This document shows positions 11,301-23,627 of a DNA stretch of 64,000 nt, piece by piece. Both the position numbers and the translations under genes were made by a program. The notes below the pieces were generated by a model. That model did not search any database. It saw only the letters and a program-made list of their open reading frames with translations, and was not told where the DNA came from. This DNA is from Anaerohalosphaeraceae bacterium (GTDB taxonomy: Bacteria > Planctomycetota > Phycisphaerae > Sedimentisphaerales > Anaerohalosphaeraceae). How positions within the stretch are numbered: the first letter of the stretch is position 1; every line of letters starts with the position of its first letter. The DNA lies in the NCBI GenBank assembly GCA_050309605.1, contig JBNRMN010000034.1, forward strand, positions 160,001 through 224,000. Reading direction: 5' to 3'.

Positions 11301-11408
11301 AAGAAAACCCCGACTCTAAAACGTAAGACAAAACAAACTTGAGTTTTTGAAATTGCGGTGAAAACGCAGTTGACGGTATTGATATTCTAATCTGGAGGTT
11401 ACAACACA

Positions 11409-11723
11409 ATGTTGGAATTGGTTTGGATGGTTCCGATGGCGCTGGCGGCTGACGCGGTCGAACCCGTCGCGGCAACCGGCGGCTCTGTGGCCGAATCGGT
11501 CGTTCAAGGCATCGGCGTCTTGGGCGGTGTTATCGGTGCCGGTCTGATTGTGATCGGCGCTGCTCGCGGCATCGGCCATTTGGCCAGCAGCGCCACCGAG
11601 GCCATTGCCCGTCAGCCGGAGGCAGGCAACCGTATCTTTACTACCATGATCATCGCGGCGGCCCTGATCGAAGGCGTGACGCTGTTTGCTCTGATCATTT
11701 GCCTGATGGCGGTTTTCCGTTAA
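11409..11723 (+). CDS. atpE: ATP synthase Fo subunit c
   Basis: IARQPEA loop and ALIEGV ion-binding Glu. Confidence 0.95.
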   Translation: MLELVWMVPMALAADAVEPVAATGGSVAESVVQGIGVLGGVIGAGLIVIGAARGIGHLASSATEAIARQPEAGNRIFTTMIIAAALIEGVTLFALIICLMAVFR

Positions 11724-11745
11724 CAGTTACCAGCAACGCAAGGAT

Positions 11746-12354
11746 ATGGTTATGCGGGTTGGCCTATATGTGATCCTGTCAGGGATGCTGCTCTCGGCAC
11801 CGATCTCGGCGCAGACGGAGGCCGAGTCGTCCCCCGGTGTTTTCGAGGGGTACATCGGCGAGTCCATCTGGACGCTGATCTGGTTTATGGTACTGCTGCT
11901 GGTACTGTGGCGTTTCGCCTGGAAGCCGATCCTGGTCAGCCTCAATTTGCGACAGGAACACATTGAGCGGGAAATAGCCGACGCCGAAAAAATGCGCACC
12001 GAGGCCCAGAAAGTTCTGGCTGAATACCACGCCAAGCTGTCGGATGCCGACAGGCAGGGGCGCGAAATCATCAATGCCCGGATCAAAGAAGCCGAAAAAC
12101 AAGCGATGGAAGTCGAACAAGCCAAACAGCGTGAAATCGAGCAGATGATGCGTCGCGCTGAGGCCGAACTGCAGCGCGATCGGCAGGACGCCGAAGAAGC
12201 ACTCTGGCAGCAGGCCGGCGAAATTGTTCGTCAGCTCGGCAGTGAAGTCTTCGGCAAAAGCCTCAACGAACAAGATAATCAGAAACTGATTGACCAAGCG
12301 ATTGCCCATTTGCGTTCGCAGACGGTTGAAACGGAAATGCATCATCACTCCTGA
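11746..12354 (+). CDS. atpF: ATP synthase Fo subunit b
   Basis: TM helix followed by WRFAWKPI and a long coiled coil; operon position. Confidence 0.92.
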   Translation: MVMRVGLYVILSGMLLSAPISAQTEAESSPGVFEGYIGESIWTLIWFMVLLLVLWRFAWKPILVSLNLRQEHIEREIADAEKMRTEAQKVLAEYHAKLSDADRQGREIINARIKEAEKQAMEVEQAKQREIEQMMRRAEAELQRDRQDAEEALWQQAGEIVRQLGSEVFGKSLNEQDNQKLIDQAIAHLRSQTVETEMHHHS

Positions 12355-12372
12355 TCGGCGAGCGGGGCGTCT

Positions 12373-12960
12373 ATGAAACATACGGCACGACATATCATTC
12401 ACGAAATTTACAGCGACGTGCTGTTTGAATTGGCCCAGGAGGCCGGACGGGTTGGGCCGGTTCTGGACGATTTGGAGGCGGTCGTCAAAGTGTTTGAGGC
12501 CGAACCGGAGTTTTTAACCCTGCTGACGGTCGGGCAGTTGAAAGAAGAGGAAAAAAACGCCGTGCTGAAGCGGGTGTTGGGCGGGCGGATTAACGAGTTG
12601 ACGCTGGATTTTTTGTGCGTCCTGGCACGGCGGAATCGACTCAATTACCTGTTCGGCATTCACGACCGTTATCTGACGCTGATGGATCAGTCTCAGGATA
12701 TTCAACATCTTGAGGTCACGCTGGCCGCCGCTCCCGACGACCGGCAGATTGAGAAAATCAAACAGGATATCAAGCGGGCCGTGGGAACCGAAGTTAAGTT
12801 GTCGGTACAGGTCGATCCGGATATTCTGGGCGGCATCATCATTCGAAAAGGCGACAGGGTCATTGATAATTCGGTACGTTCTCTGCTGGATCGGGCGGTC
12901 AAAGCCGTGGTCAGCCGTTCAAAGGAAAAAAAACAAAACCAAAATCACTTGAATGAATAG
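12373..12960 (+). CDS. atpH: ATP synthase F1 subunit delta
   Basis: [22 protein letters not shown] motif. Confidence 0.92.
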   Translation: MKHTARHIIHEIYSDVLFELAQEAGRVGPVLDDLEAVVKVFEAEPEFLTLLTVGQLKEEEKNAVLKRVLGGRINELTLDFLCVLARRNRLNYLFGIHDRYLTLMDQSQDIQHLEVTLAAAPDDRQIEKIKQDIKRAVGTEVKLSVQVDPDILGGIIIRKGDRVIDNSVRSLLDRAVKAVVSRSKEKKQNQNHLNE

Positions 12961-12977
12961 GTCTGTTCATAGCTCTT

Positions 12978-14501
12978 ATGCGATTTGATATCAATGAAAT
13001 CAGCAGCCTGATCAAAGAAGAAGTGCTTCGCTTCAAGGCCGAAGCCGACGTCGCACAAGTGGGAACCGTGCTGGAGGTCGGCGACGGAATCGCCCGTGTC
13101 TATGGGCTGGATTCGGTCATGGCCGGCGAAATGCTTGAGTTTGAAAACGGGGTGGTCGGCGAGGCGTTCAATCTTGAGGAAGATTCCATCGGCGCTGTCA
13201 TTTACGGCGACTTCACAAAAGTCAAAGACGGCGGCCAGGTGCGCTCGACCGGCCAGGTTCTGTCGGTTCCGGTCGGCCGGGAGCTGCTGGGGCGTGTGGT
13301 CAACGCCCTGTGTGAGCCGATTGACGGAAAAGGCCCGATTCGCACTGAAAAGCGGCGGTTCGTCGATGCCGCCGCGCCCGGCATTGCTGATCGTCAGCCG
13401 GTTTGCCAGCCGCTGCCGACCGGCCTGAAAAGTGTCGATGCCATGGTCGCTATCGGCAGGGGACAGCGTGAATTGATTATTGGCGACCGCAAGACCGGCA
13501 AGACGGCTATTGCCCTGGATACCATTATAAACCAGAAAGACCGGGATGTGGCGTGTGTCTATGTGGCAATCGGTCAGAAAGAATCCACGATCGCCGAGGT
13601 CGTGGCCACGCTCGAAAAATACGGCGCGATGGCACATACCGTCGTGGTCGCGGCGCCGGCCGCCGACAGTGCGGCGATGCAGTACATCGCGCCTTATGCC
13701 GGTACGGCGATTGCCGAGTACTTGATGTATGACGAAAAAGCACACGCCCTTTGTGTGTACGATGATTTGAGCAAGCATGCGATTGCCTACCGCGAACTGA
13801 GTCTTTTGCTTCGTCGTCCGCCGGGGCGTGAAGCGTTTCCGGGTGATATTTTCTACCTGCACAGCCGCCTGCTTGAACGCAGCGCCAAGCTGTCGGATGC
13901 TCTGGGCGGCGGCTCGATCACGGCTTTGCCGATTATTGAGACGCTGGAAGGCCAGGTTTCAGCTTATATTCCGACCAATATTATTTCGATTACGGATGGG
14001 CAAATTTATCTGCAGCGCGATCTGTTTTTGGCTGGTGTCCGTCCGGCGGTTGATGTCGGCATCAGTGTCAGCCGCGTCGGCGGCGATGCGCAGCCCCGGG
14101 CGATGAAAAAAGTCGCTCCCAAACTCCGGCTCGAACTGGCGGCCTTTCGTGAACTTCAGGATTTTTCCCGACTGGGTACGGAACTGGACGAGGCGGCCCA
14201 GCGCCAGTTGGACCGCGGCCATCGTATGGTCGAGCTGCTCAAACAGAAACAGTACTCGCCGATGAGTGTTGCCGAGCAGGTGATAAGTATTCTTGCCGGT
14301 TCCACGGGAGCGCTGGATGACATTGAAGTCGCCCGCGTCAACCACTTTGTCGAAGAACTGCTCGGCTGGATGCGGATGGAAGCGCCGGAATATATTGAAA
14401 CCATCGAACAAACCGGTGATATCGACCAGTCGCTGATGGCCGGTTTGACCGAGGCGGTTGAAGCGTACAAAACAATCTATAAGTTTTCTTTCGGCGCCTA
14501 A
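12978..14501 (+). CDS. atpA: ATP synthase F1 subunit alpha
   Basis: [19 protein letters not shown] and [23 protein letters not shown] motifs. Confidence 0.98.
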   Translation: MRFDINEISSLIKEEVLRFKAEADVAQVGTVLEVGDGIARVYGLDSVMAGEMLEFENGVVGEAFNLEEDSIGAVIYGDFTKVKDGGQVRSTGQVLSVPVGRELLGRVVNALCEPIDGKGPIRTEKRRFVDAAAPGIADRQPVCQPLPTGLKSVDAMVAIGRGQRELIIGDRKTGKTAIALDTIINQKDRDVACVYVAIGQKESTIAEVVATLEKYGAMAHTVVVAAPAADSAAMQYIAPYAGTAIAEYLMYDEKAHALCVYDDLSKHAIAYRELSLLLRRPPGREAFPGDIFYLHSRLLERSAKLSDALGGGSITALPIIETLEGQVSAYIPTNIISITDGQIYLQRDLFLAGVRPAVDVGISVSRVGGDAQPRAMKKVAPKLRLELAAFRELQDFSRLGTELDEAAQRQLDRGHRMVELLKQKQYSPMSVAEQVISILAGSTGALDDIEVARVNHFVEELLGWMRMEAPEYIETIEQTGDIDQSLMAGLTEAVEAYKTIYKFSFGA

Positions 14502-14578
14502 TCAGGGTCTGGCATCTTATCTGAGGTTTACGACCTGAAATTGCAAAAGTTGAAATCCAAAAATCCAGATAACGATCT

Positions 14579-15472
14579 ATGTCAAATACGCGACGCATTT
14601 TGAAACGCCGCTCGGCGGCCGACAATATTGCCAAAGTGACCGGCACGATGGAGACCATCAGTGCCGTGCGCTATCGACAGTACTTTATTCAATGGCAGGA
14701 AGGTCGCGCGTTTTACGATGCGCTGGCTCAGCTTGCGTATCTGGTGGTTTCGGCCGAGCAGCCTATTGACCATCCGCTGATGAAACCGCCGGCCTCCAAA
14801 ACCCAGGTCGTCCTTGTCATCGGTTCGGATCGCGGTTTGTGCGGGGCCTATAACAATGACCTCTACCGGCAGATTGATACCCACGTCAAGATGGCCAAGC
14901 GCTTTGGTCGTGAATTGGTGTTTTACGCCAAAGGGCGAAAGGTGGTTGGCTATCTCGAACATCACGGTATCCGACCGGCGCGGGTGTTCGATGAGTTTGC
15001 CGAAATCCCAACAGTTGAACAGACACGAACGATTGCCGACGAATTTACGCAGCAGTATCTGGCGGGACAAATCGGCAGGCTGGGAGTAGTGTATAATCGG
15101 TTTTTTTCAGCGGCCAGCCAGAAGGTTCAAACACTGACGGTATTGCCGGTGGCCGAACTCATCGACGATCTGACGACGCGGGCGACGGTCATCTGGCCGT
15201 GGGAACTGAATTTTGAGGATTTTATGCTGCTGCCGTCGGCGGCGGAGATTTTCGAGGGGTTGTCCCGAATGATTATTCGCACGTCGATTCTTGATTGTTT
15301 TATGGAAGCGGCGGTCAGCGAACATCTGTCGCGTGTGGTGTGTATGCGCAACGCCACCGACAACGCCGAAGAGATGATTAAAGAATTGTCCAAAGACTAC
15401 AACCGCGCTCGACAGGCACAGATTACCGTTGAGTTGCTGGATATCGTCAGCGGCGTCGAGTCAATGAAATAG
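14579..15472 (+). CDS. atpG: ATP synthase F1 subunit gamma
   Basis: SDRGLCGAYN, MRNATDNA and YNRARQAQIT motifs. Confidence 0.95.
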   Translation: MSNTRRILKRRSAADNIAKVTGTMETISAVRYRQYFIQWQEGRAFYDALAQLAYLVVSAEQPIDHPLMKPPASKTQVVLVIGSDRGLCGAYNNDLYRQIDTHVKMAKRFGRELVFYAKGRKVVGYLEHHGIRPARVFDEFAEIPTVEQTRTIADEFTQQYLAGQIGRLGVVYNRFFSAASQKVQTLTVLPVAELIDDLTTRATVIWPWELNFEDFMLLPSAAEIFEGLSRMIIRTSILDCFMEAAVSEHLSRVVCMRNATDNAEEMIKELSKDYNRARQAQITVELLDIVSGVESMK

Positions 15473-15525
15473 TTGAATGTTTAGCAGGAAGCGGTTCAGT
15501 GCGTATGTATTGAGATAACAGGTAA

Positions 15526-16947
<1,422 letters not shown>

Positions 16948-16996
16948 TCGGCTGACAGATGTCAAGAATGAGAATTAATTTTGGAATGTCCTGCTT

Positions 16997-17443
16997 ATGG
17001 TAGGTCTGTCACGCGGAAAATTCAGAGTGGTTTTGTTAACTCCTCAAGCCGGCCTGCTGGACTGTCGAGCCGGATCGGTGGTGTTGCCGGGACATGACGG
17101 CTATCTCGGTATATTGCGCAATCATTGTCCGATGTTGAGCACCGTCAGTCGGGGGATTATGCAGGTGCGGGAAATTCCCGGCCGGACGGACGCCTTTTTT
17201 ATCGTGGAAGGGGGGTTTGTACAAGTCAGCGAAAATCACGTCACGGTACTGGCTTATGAAGCGACCACCTTTGAGGGGCAGGACGAAAAAAGCATTGAAG
17301 AGATGCTGTACCACGCTCGCAGCGTGGTGGCGGGGCACGAATACATCCGCTCGCAACAGGAAGCGATTGATTATGACAAGGCGCGTCTGATAGTGCGAAT
17401 GGCCGAGATGGCCGATGTCAAGCTGGCCGCCGAAAAAGAATAA
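16997..17443 (+). CDS. atpC: ATP synthase F1 subunit epsilon
   Basis: LPGHDGYLGILRNHCP and EGGFVQV motifs; last gene of the operon. Confidence 0.9.
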   Translation: MVGLSRGKFRVVLLTPQAGLLDCRAGSVVLPGHDGYLGILRNHCPMLSTVSRGIMQVREIPGRTDAFFIVEGGFVQVSENHVTVLAYEATTFEGQDEKSIEEMLYHARSVVAGHEYIRSQQEAIDYDKARLIVRMAEMADVKLAAEKE

Positions 17444-17537
17444 TTCGCTGATTGCCGCCGACTTCCGGAAAAAAGTTTGAAATTCCGACGCCGAATAATT
17501 AGAATCACGGCACTCGGTTGAGCTTGGATAATAAAAG

Positions 17538-17831
17538 ATGACCTCGAACCAAAACAAGCATGACAGCGCATCCGCCGATTCGGCCGTTGAAGCCTTTGTT
17601 CGCGGTTTGGATGACAAATACCGGATGCTCGTAATCCTCAAATCGCAGCTTTACGGCGGGCGATGGGAGCCGATGCTTGATGACTTACAGAATCGACTTG
17701 AGGGCAAACCTTACATTTTCAAGCTGGCCAACCGAATCAAAGACGACGTGGACCGCATCGCCGTGCTGCGCGCCTTTGAACAAACGCATGACGTCGATTT
17801 GGCCGACTACATCAAGCTGGATTCGCATTGA
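17538..17831 (+). CDS. Small hypothetical protein
   Basis: Clean 97-aa ORF between atpC and the propeller gene. Confidence 0.65.
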   Translation: MTSNQNKHDSASADSAVEAFVRGLDDKYRMLVILKSQLYGGRWEPMLDDLQNRLEGKPYIFKLANRIKDDVDRIAVLRAFEQTHDVDLADYIKLDSH

Positions 17832-17910
17832 GTCGGTTTCGTCGGGGTGGGACGACCACCGTAGCCAACAGGTATGCAGTTAAGGCTGTCAGACACAGAT
17901 CGGAGATGAT

Positions 17911-19020
17911 ATGAAGACAAGCGTAATAAGTGTGATGTATGTGATGGTGTGGTGGGGATGTGCCGCCGCTCAGACAGTGCCCCAAAATGCAACGCCGACG
18001 TCTGAATTGATTTCGCCGGCGCTGATCGACCGGGCGGGATGGACGATGAACTGGCAGCTCAAACTGCCGCTGCGAGCGAGCGAGACAGTGGACCGGATCG
18101 TTATTTTTGATGAGTATCTTTATGTCCTGACCGACAGAAATGTATTGTTTTGTATAAACCGCCAGGCGGGGACTATGCGTTTTGTGACGCCGCTGGCCCC
18201 ACGCGGTCTGCCGATCTGCGATCCCATCTCTTTTGAGAACAACCTGCTGTTTATGGTGGGCAATGAATTGGTCGTTGTCGATCCCTGGGCCGGAACCATT
18301 GCTGAACGGTACAGTTTTGCTCAAATCGGCAATACGTATGAATGCGGACTGGCAATGAACAGCGAATATGTGTATTTGACCGGTTCAGACGCACGTCTTT
18401 ATGCCTACTCCCGCGACGGCTACTGGCGTGTCTTTTCCGCCACAGCGGATAACAATTCACCGATTATTTCACTGGCGGCGCTGGAGGACCGGGTATTGTT
18501 TGCCACGCAGGCGGGCAATGTGGTGGCCATCGCCCCCAATCGCGCGGAAAAATACTGGCAATTTGACGCCACCGGTACGATTGATTCAGAACTGGTCGTA
18601 TCCGAAGGGAAGGTCTATATCGGCAGTCACGATACCAAACTGTATCAATTGGATGTCAATACCGGGCGTTTGGCCTGGCCTTCGCCGTTTCACGCCGGCG
18701 CCCGGATTCACAAGCCCGTGGTGATCGGTCAAGACCTGGTGTACCTGACCGCCGGCACAATGGGTGTTTATGGAATCAACAAAGAGACCGGACGAGCGGT
18801 CTGGCAGGTTCGCGACGGCCTGGGGGTCTTGACCGAAACCGTCGAGCACAGCTTTGTGCTCAGTCGCCCCGGATTATTGAATGTAATGGACAATGCCACC
18901 GGCCGAAAACTTTACAGCGTCAATTTCTCGCGGGTCAGACGGTTTGCGACAAAAATGGATGAACCCAGACTCTATGTCGCTGATGAAGGCGGCCGCATTG
19001 CGGGAATTACGGTCAGATAA
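17911..19020 (+). CDS. Exported PQQ-like beta-propeller protein (BamB-like)
   Basis: Signal peptide; repeated 'L...TG...W' blades (VYIGSHDTKLYQLDVNTGRLAW). Confidence 0.8.
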   Translation: MKTSVISVMYVMVWWGCAAAQTVPQNATPTSELISPALIDRAGWTMNWQLKLPLRASETVDRIVIFDEYLYVLTDRNVLFCINRQAGTMRFVTPLAPRGLPICDPISFENNLLFMVGNELVVVDPWAGTIAERYSFAQIGNTYECGLAMNSEYVYLTGSDARLYAYSRDGYWRVFSATADNNSPIISLAALEDRVLFATQAGNVVAIAPNRAEKYWQFDATGTIDSELVVSEGKVYIGSHDTKLYQLDVNTGRLAWPSPFHAGARIHKPVVIGQDLVYLTAGTMGVYGINKETGRAVWQVRDGLGVLTETVEHSFVLSRPGLLNVMDNATGRKLYSVNFSRVRRFATKMDEPRLYVADEGGRIAGITVR

Positions 19021-19103
19021 CACCGAACTCGGCTCTCGGCCGGGACTTTTGCCACGGATAATAGGGTTGATAGTTTAATTCGAGATATGGAAAGGAAACC
19101 AGC

Positions 19104-20714
19104 GTGGATATATCTATCAAACGGGCGTTGATCAGTGTATCGGATAAAACCGGTTTGACGCCGTTTGCCAAGGCGTTAAGCGAGATGGGGGTAACGATTA
19201 TCAGTACCGGCGGCACGGCCAAAGCGCTGACGGAGGCGGGCGTTCCCGTTGTCAGCGTCGATTCGGTGACCGGCTTTCCGGAGATGATGGACGGCCGCGT
19301 CAAAACACTGCACCCCAAGATTCACGGCGGCCTGCTGGGACTGCGAGACAAAGCCGATCATGTGGACGCGATGACTGCCCACGGTATTGAGCCGATTGAT
19401 TTGGTGTGCGTGAACCTGTACCCCTTTGAAAAGACCGTTGCCAAGGCCGATTGTTCATTTGACCAGGCCATCGAGAATATCGACATCGGCGGGCCGAGCA
19501 TGGTCCGTTCGGCGGCCAAAAATCATAAATTTGTTACTATTGTAACCAGTCCGTCCCAATATGACGAACTTTTGGCGGAGATGAAATCCAAAGACGGAGC
19601 AACCGGTTTGCCGCTGCGTCAGAAACTGGCGCGAGCGGCCTTTTCCCTGACGGCCTCGTATGACGCCGCCATCGCACACTATCTGACGCGACACGCCGGC
19701 GAGATATTCCCGGAACGGCTGTCAGTGGCTTTACTCAAAGAACAGGAACTGCGTTACGGCGAAAATCCCCATCAGCGCGGCGCATTTTATCGTCTGCCCG
19801 ACAGCCGTGAGGTCAGCGTCGGCAATGCGAAGCTCCTGACCGGCGGTACGCCCATCAGTTTCAATAATCTGATGGACGCCAATGCGGCTTTTGAACTGGT
19901 TAAAGAATTTGATGAACCGGCGGCCGTGGTGGTCAAGCATATGAACCCGTGCGGCTGTGCGGTCGATGCGGATATTTGTAAAGCCTACGAAAAGGCCTAT
20001 CTGGGCGATGTGGTCAGTGCGTTCGGCGGTATTGTCGCGCTGAACCGACCGGTCGATAAAGAACTGGCGACGGTCATTATGGAATCGTATGCCCGGTTCG
20101 GCAAAGCCAAAGGCGCTGCGGGCTTCTTTGCCGAAGTCATTATTGCGCCGTCCTATGAGCAGGAAGCGGTTGAAGTAATTCGCACCCTCAAAGCGTGGGG
20201 ACAGCGCGTCCGTCTGCTCGAAACCGGTCCAATTGACCGAAAACAGGTGGATGCACATCAATACGATGTCCGTTGTCTGGTCGGCGGGCTGCTCTTGCAG
20301 CAGCGCGATCTGGTCGGTTGGGAACCGGACGCACTGACGTTTCCGACGGCGGTCAAACCCACCGCCGAGCAGCTTGAGGATTTGCGCCTTGCCTGGCTGT
20401 GTGCCAAACACGTCAAGAGCAACACGATTACGCTCGTCAAAGGCCGGACGCTGGTTGGTGTAGGCGCCGGGCAGATGAACCGCGTCGAATCGGGCCTGAT
20501 CGCCGTCAAACAGGCAGGCAGCCAGGCCCAGGGTGCGGCCATGGGGTCGGACGCCTTTTTCCCGTTCCCCGACAATGTTGAAAACGCCGCTCAAGCGGGC
20601 ATTGCCTGTATCGTCCAGCCTGGCGGATCAAAGAAAGACGACGAGGTCATCGCCTGCGCGGACAAGCACGGCATCGCCATGGTCTTTACCGGAAAGCGTC
20701 ATTTCTATCATTAA
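19104..20714 (+). CDS. purH: Bifunctional AICAR transformylase/IMP cyclohydrolase
   Basis: [28 protein letters not shown] and SDAFFPFPD motifs. Confidence 0.98.
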   Translation: MDISIKRALISVSDKTGLTPFAKALSEMGVTIISTGGTAKALTEAGVPVVSVDSVTGFPEMMDGRVKTLHPKIHGGLLGLRDKADHVDAMTAHGIEPIDLVCVNLYPFEKTVAKADCSFDQAIENIDIGGPSMVRSAAKNHKFVTIVTSPSQYDELLAEMKSKDGATGLPLRQKLARAAFSLTASYDAAIAHYLTRHAGEIFPERLSVALLKEQELRYGENPHQRGAFYRLPDSREVSVGNAKLLTGGTPISFNNLMDANAAFELVKEFDEPAAVVVKHMNPCGCAVDADICKAYEKAYLGDVVSAFGGIVALNRPVDKELATVIMESYARFGKAKGAAGFFAEVIIAPSYEQEAVEVIRTLKAWGQRVRLLETGPIDRKQVDAHQYDVRCLVGGLLLQQRDLVGWEPDALTFPTAVKPTAEQLEDLRLAWLCAKHVKSNTITLVKGRTLVGVGAGQMNRVESGLIAVKQAGSQAQGAAMGSDAFFPFPDNVENAAQAGIACIVQPGGSKKDDEVIACADKHGIAMVFTGKRHFYH

Positions 20715-20721
20715 TGGACAA

Positions 20722-22851
20722 ATGGGAAATAGACCCCCTTTTTTTAATACCCTTTTCACGTCGCCGCGAGCCGCTGTCGCCGGAATGATGGCGATGACGC
20801 TCCTTGGCATAGGCTTGATGTTTTTACAGTTGAGCTATCCGGAGCTGAAAAGCGTTCATGAGGCGCGAGTGGTCGTTACCGCCGAAAATATGGTTCGGCA
20901 GGGGGATTGGGTCGTGCCTGTTTTCAACGACCAAATTCGCCTCGAAAAGCCGCCGCTGCCGTATTGGGTCGTCGCGGCCACACGTACGATCACCGGTTCG
21001 ATGGAAGAGTCGGCGTTCCGTTTGCCCTCAGCGGTAATGGGAGCAGCGGGGGTGCTGCTGGCGGCGCTCTGTGCCCGACTGATGTTTGGACGAAATACGG
21101 CCCTGTTGGCGGGGGTGTTTACTGCATTGATGCTGATGTATGTCATCGAAGCCCGACTGGCGGAAGTGGATATTTATTTGACGTTTTGCGTCACCGTCTG
21201 TCTGTTTTTGATGTGTCATATTTGTTATGGAACACACCGGCGGGATGGGTTGTGGTTGCTGTTGGGAGCGGCGGTCGCGGCGGGGGGGCTGGCCAAGGGA
21301 CCGGTGATTTTTATTTTTGCCGTGCCGCTGATCCTGTTGGGCTGTCTATTCTATCCGGACAGACGGCCGAAAGCGATTTGGTTTGTCGGGTGTTTGGGTG
21401 TGTTTGCGGTCTTGTCGGCAATTTGGCCGCTGCTGGTGATTCAGCGAGTGGGCTGGGAAACCGTCAGTGATGTGTGGTTTTCGGATATCATGCGCAATGT
21501 CGCAGAATACACACGCCGACGCAGGCCCTGGCATTTTTACTTGACCCGCTATTTGATGGTGGCGTTCCCCTGGTCGGTCCTGGCCGGCGCTGCGGCGCTG
21601 CTGCCGTTCTGGAAGGAAGTGAAAGCGAACCGTACATTGTGGCGTAAAACGCTTTTTCTTGTCTTGTCCATGGCCGCGGTGATTCTGGCGTTCTCATTGG
21701 TTCGCAAAAAGAAAATTGACTACCTCGTCCCGCTGGTGCCGATCATCGGTATTCTCATCGCAGCGGCGTGGGATATCATCCGTGATAATATGGCGCGTCG
21801 AACGGCGGCGGCGCGAGCCAATCGAATCCTGCTGTCGGCGCAGGCGATTCTGTTTATCGCCATGGGAGCCGTGGCGATTGTGTATGCATCTTTTGATCCG
21901 CTCAACAGGACAGCACTTATGATACTGGCCGGGATCGGGTTGTGTCTGGGTGGAGCGGCGGGAATCTATTTCATTAATAAAAACATGCCGACGGCGGCAT
22001 TGATGGGGCAAGGGACAGGCTTTTTGTTGTTCGGGTATCTACTGTTCGGCCTGTTCGTTCCGCAGGAAAATGTGCGTATCTCCCCGGCGCGATTCTGCTC
22101 GGCGGTCAGGGAAGTCATCGACGATGCGCCGGTGGTCTATTTCAAAGGCCGCGACGATACGCTGGTGTATCATCTGGACCGAACAATCCACCACGTTCGC
22201 TCGGCGGCGGAATTACAGACGTTTCTGCGTCAGCATCCCGACGCCTTTGTCCTTGTACGGCACCGATTTCTCGATGAGGCGCAATCCGTCGCCGATCACA
22301 TTGTCTTTCATCATCCCCGGATGCGCGATCTGGAGCTGCCCTTGCCGGAGTTTCCCTTCGGCAATGAAGACGATGAAGCCGACCAAGCCGACGAAGAAGA
22401 GATTCTTGGAGATACGGGATATTATTATAACATCTATGTTCTCAAGGCAGGGCAATGGGATCGGCCGCCGCGCACCTTTGATACCTATGAGGTGGAAGCG
22501 CCGAGCTGGCTGACGGCCGAATTCTTATGGGTCGGCTTTGGTCTGATTGCACAGACGATGTTTTTTATGCGGTTCCTGGTGCAGTGGATTGCCTCGGAAA
22601 AAGCAAAGCAAAGCGTTGTGCCCGTGCTTTTTTGGTGGCTCAGCCTCAGCGGCGGACTGATGCTGCTGACTTATGCGATCTATCGTCGTGATCCGGTCTT
22701 CATTTTCGGCCAATCGACGGGGGTATTTATCTATTTGCGCAATTTGTGGCTGATCTACGGACATAAAGAACCCACGGGCGGGACCGTGAGGGAAAAATCG
22801 GATGTGCTGGAAGACTCCGTAGCGTTTCAGGATAACGGGGCGTCAGACTGA
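20722..22851 (+). CDS. ArnT/GT83-like membrane glycosyltransferase fused to a C-terminal LAB_N (lipid A biosynthesis N-terminal) domain
   Basis: EAR, EKPPLPYW, RLPSA and LAKGP (ArnT-like). The C-terminus reads AQTMFFMRFLVQWIASEK...VPVLFWWLSL...DPVFIFGQ...IYLRN (LAB_N). Start reassigned to ATG 20722, just after purH. Confidence 0.85.
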   Translation: MGNRPPFFNTLFTSPRAAVAGMMAMTLLGIGLMFLQLSYPELKSVHEARVVVTAENMVRQGDWVVPVFNDQIRLEKPPLPYWVVAATRTITGSMEESAFRLPSAVMGAAGVLLAALCARLMFGRNTALLAGVFTALMLMYVIEARLAEVDIYLTFCVTVCLFLMCHICYGTHRRDGLWLLLGAAVAAGGLAKGPVIFIFAVPLILLGCLFYPDRRPKAIWFVGCLGVFAVLSAIWPLLVIQRVGWETVSDVWFSDIMRNVAEYTRRRRPWHFYLTRYLMVAFPWSVLAGAAALLPFWKEVKANRTLWRKTLFLVLSMAAVILAFSLVRKKKIDYLVPLVPIIGILIAAAWDIIRDNMARRTAAARANRILLSAQAILFIAMGAVAIVYASFDPLNRTALMILAGIGLCLGGAAGIYFINKNMPTAALMGQGTGFLLFGYLLFGLFVPQENVRISPARFCSAVREVIDDAPVVYFKGRDDTLVYHLDRTIHHVRSAAELQTFLRQHPDAFVLVRHRFLDEAQSVADHIVFHHPRMRDLELPLPEFPFGNEDDEADQADEEEILGDTGYYYNIYVLKAGQWDRPPRTFDTYEVEAPSWLTAEFLWVGFGLIAQTMFFMRFLVQWIASEKAKQSVVPVLFWWLSLSGGLMLLTYAIYRRDPVFIFGQSTGVFIYLRNLWLIYGHKEPTGGTVREKSDVLEDSVAFQDNGASD

Positions 22852-22864
22852 TTGAGGATGTTTT

Positions 22865-23602
22865 ATGACTGCGGACAAGCCTGTGAACAACATTGAACTT
22901 TCGCTGGTGATTCCCGCTTATAATGAGCAGGACACCATAGATCCCTTGCTTGCGCGGATCGCCGAAGTATTCGAAGACGCCGTTTATTCCTTTGAAGCCA
23001 TTGTGGTGGATGACGGCAGTACCGATCGAACGCTCGAACTGCTCAAGGCCGCTAAAACCCAAAAACCCTGGCTTAGAATTCTCACCTTCGACCGCAATCA
23101 CGGCCAGACTGCTGCGATGAGCGCCGGCTTTCAAGCCGCCGGCGGGCGTATCGTCGCCACACTGGATGCCGACTTGCAGAACGACCCGGCGGAGGTGCCG
23201 CGATTGATGAAACTGCTTAGTGATGAAGTCGATGCCGTGATCGGCTGGCGTCAGAAGCGACAAGACCCCTGGCTGCGCAGAGTCTCGACCAAAATTGCCA
23301 ATACCGTTCGCAACTGGCTCTCCGGCGAGTCGATCCATGACTCGGCCTGTTCACTAAAGGTCTATAAACGCGGCTGTCTGGAGCACGTTACGCTTTTTGA
23401 AGGCATGCACCGGTTTATGCCGACGCTGGTCAAGATGCAGGGCTATCACGTCATTGAAGTGCCCGTCTCGCATCATCCGCGTTACGCTGGACAGGCCAAA
23501 TACGGCGTTTGGAATCGCGTCTTCAAGGCTTTTTTTGATTTGCTGGCGGTGCGCTGGATGAAAAAAAGGGTTTTGCGCTATCGCGTCACAGAAATTGAGT
23601 AG
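22865..23602 (+). CDS. GT2 polyprenyl-phosphate glycosyltransferase (ArnC/DPM-like)
   Basis: VIPAYNE, VDDGSTD, RNHGQTAA, LDADLQNDP and HRF motifs. Confidence 0.9.
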   Translation: MTADKPVNNIELSLVIPAYNEQDTIDPLLARIAEVFEDAVYSFEAIVVDDGSTDRTLELLKAAKTQKPWLRILTFDRNHGQTAAMSAGFQAAGGRIVATLDADLQNDPAEVPRLMKLLSDEVDAVIGWRQKRQDPWLRRVSTKIANTVRNWLSGESIHDSACSLKVYKRGCLEHVTLFEGMHRFMPTLVKMQGYHVIEVPVSHHPRYAGQAKYGVWNRVFKAFFDLLAVRWMKKRVLRYRVTEIE

Positions 23603-23627
23603 GTCTTTTCGGCGGACTGCGAATCGG

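Noticed and set aside
20533..20721. Upstream extension of the ArnT-like ORF
   Set aside because: It overlaps the 3' end of purH; ATG 20722 is more plausible.
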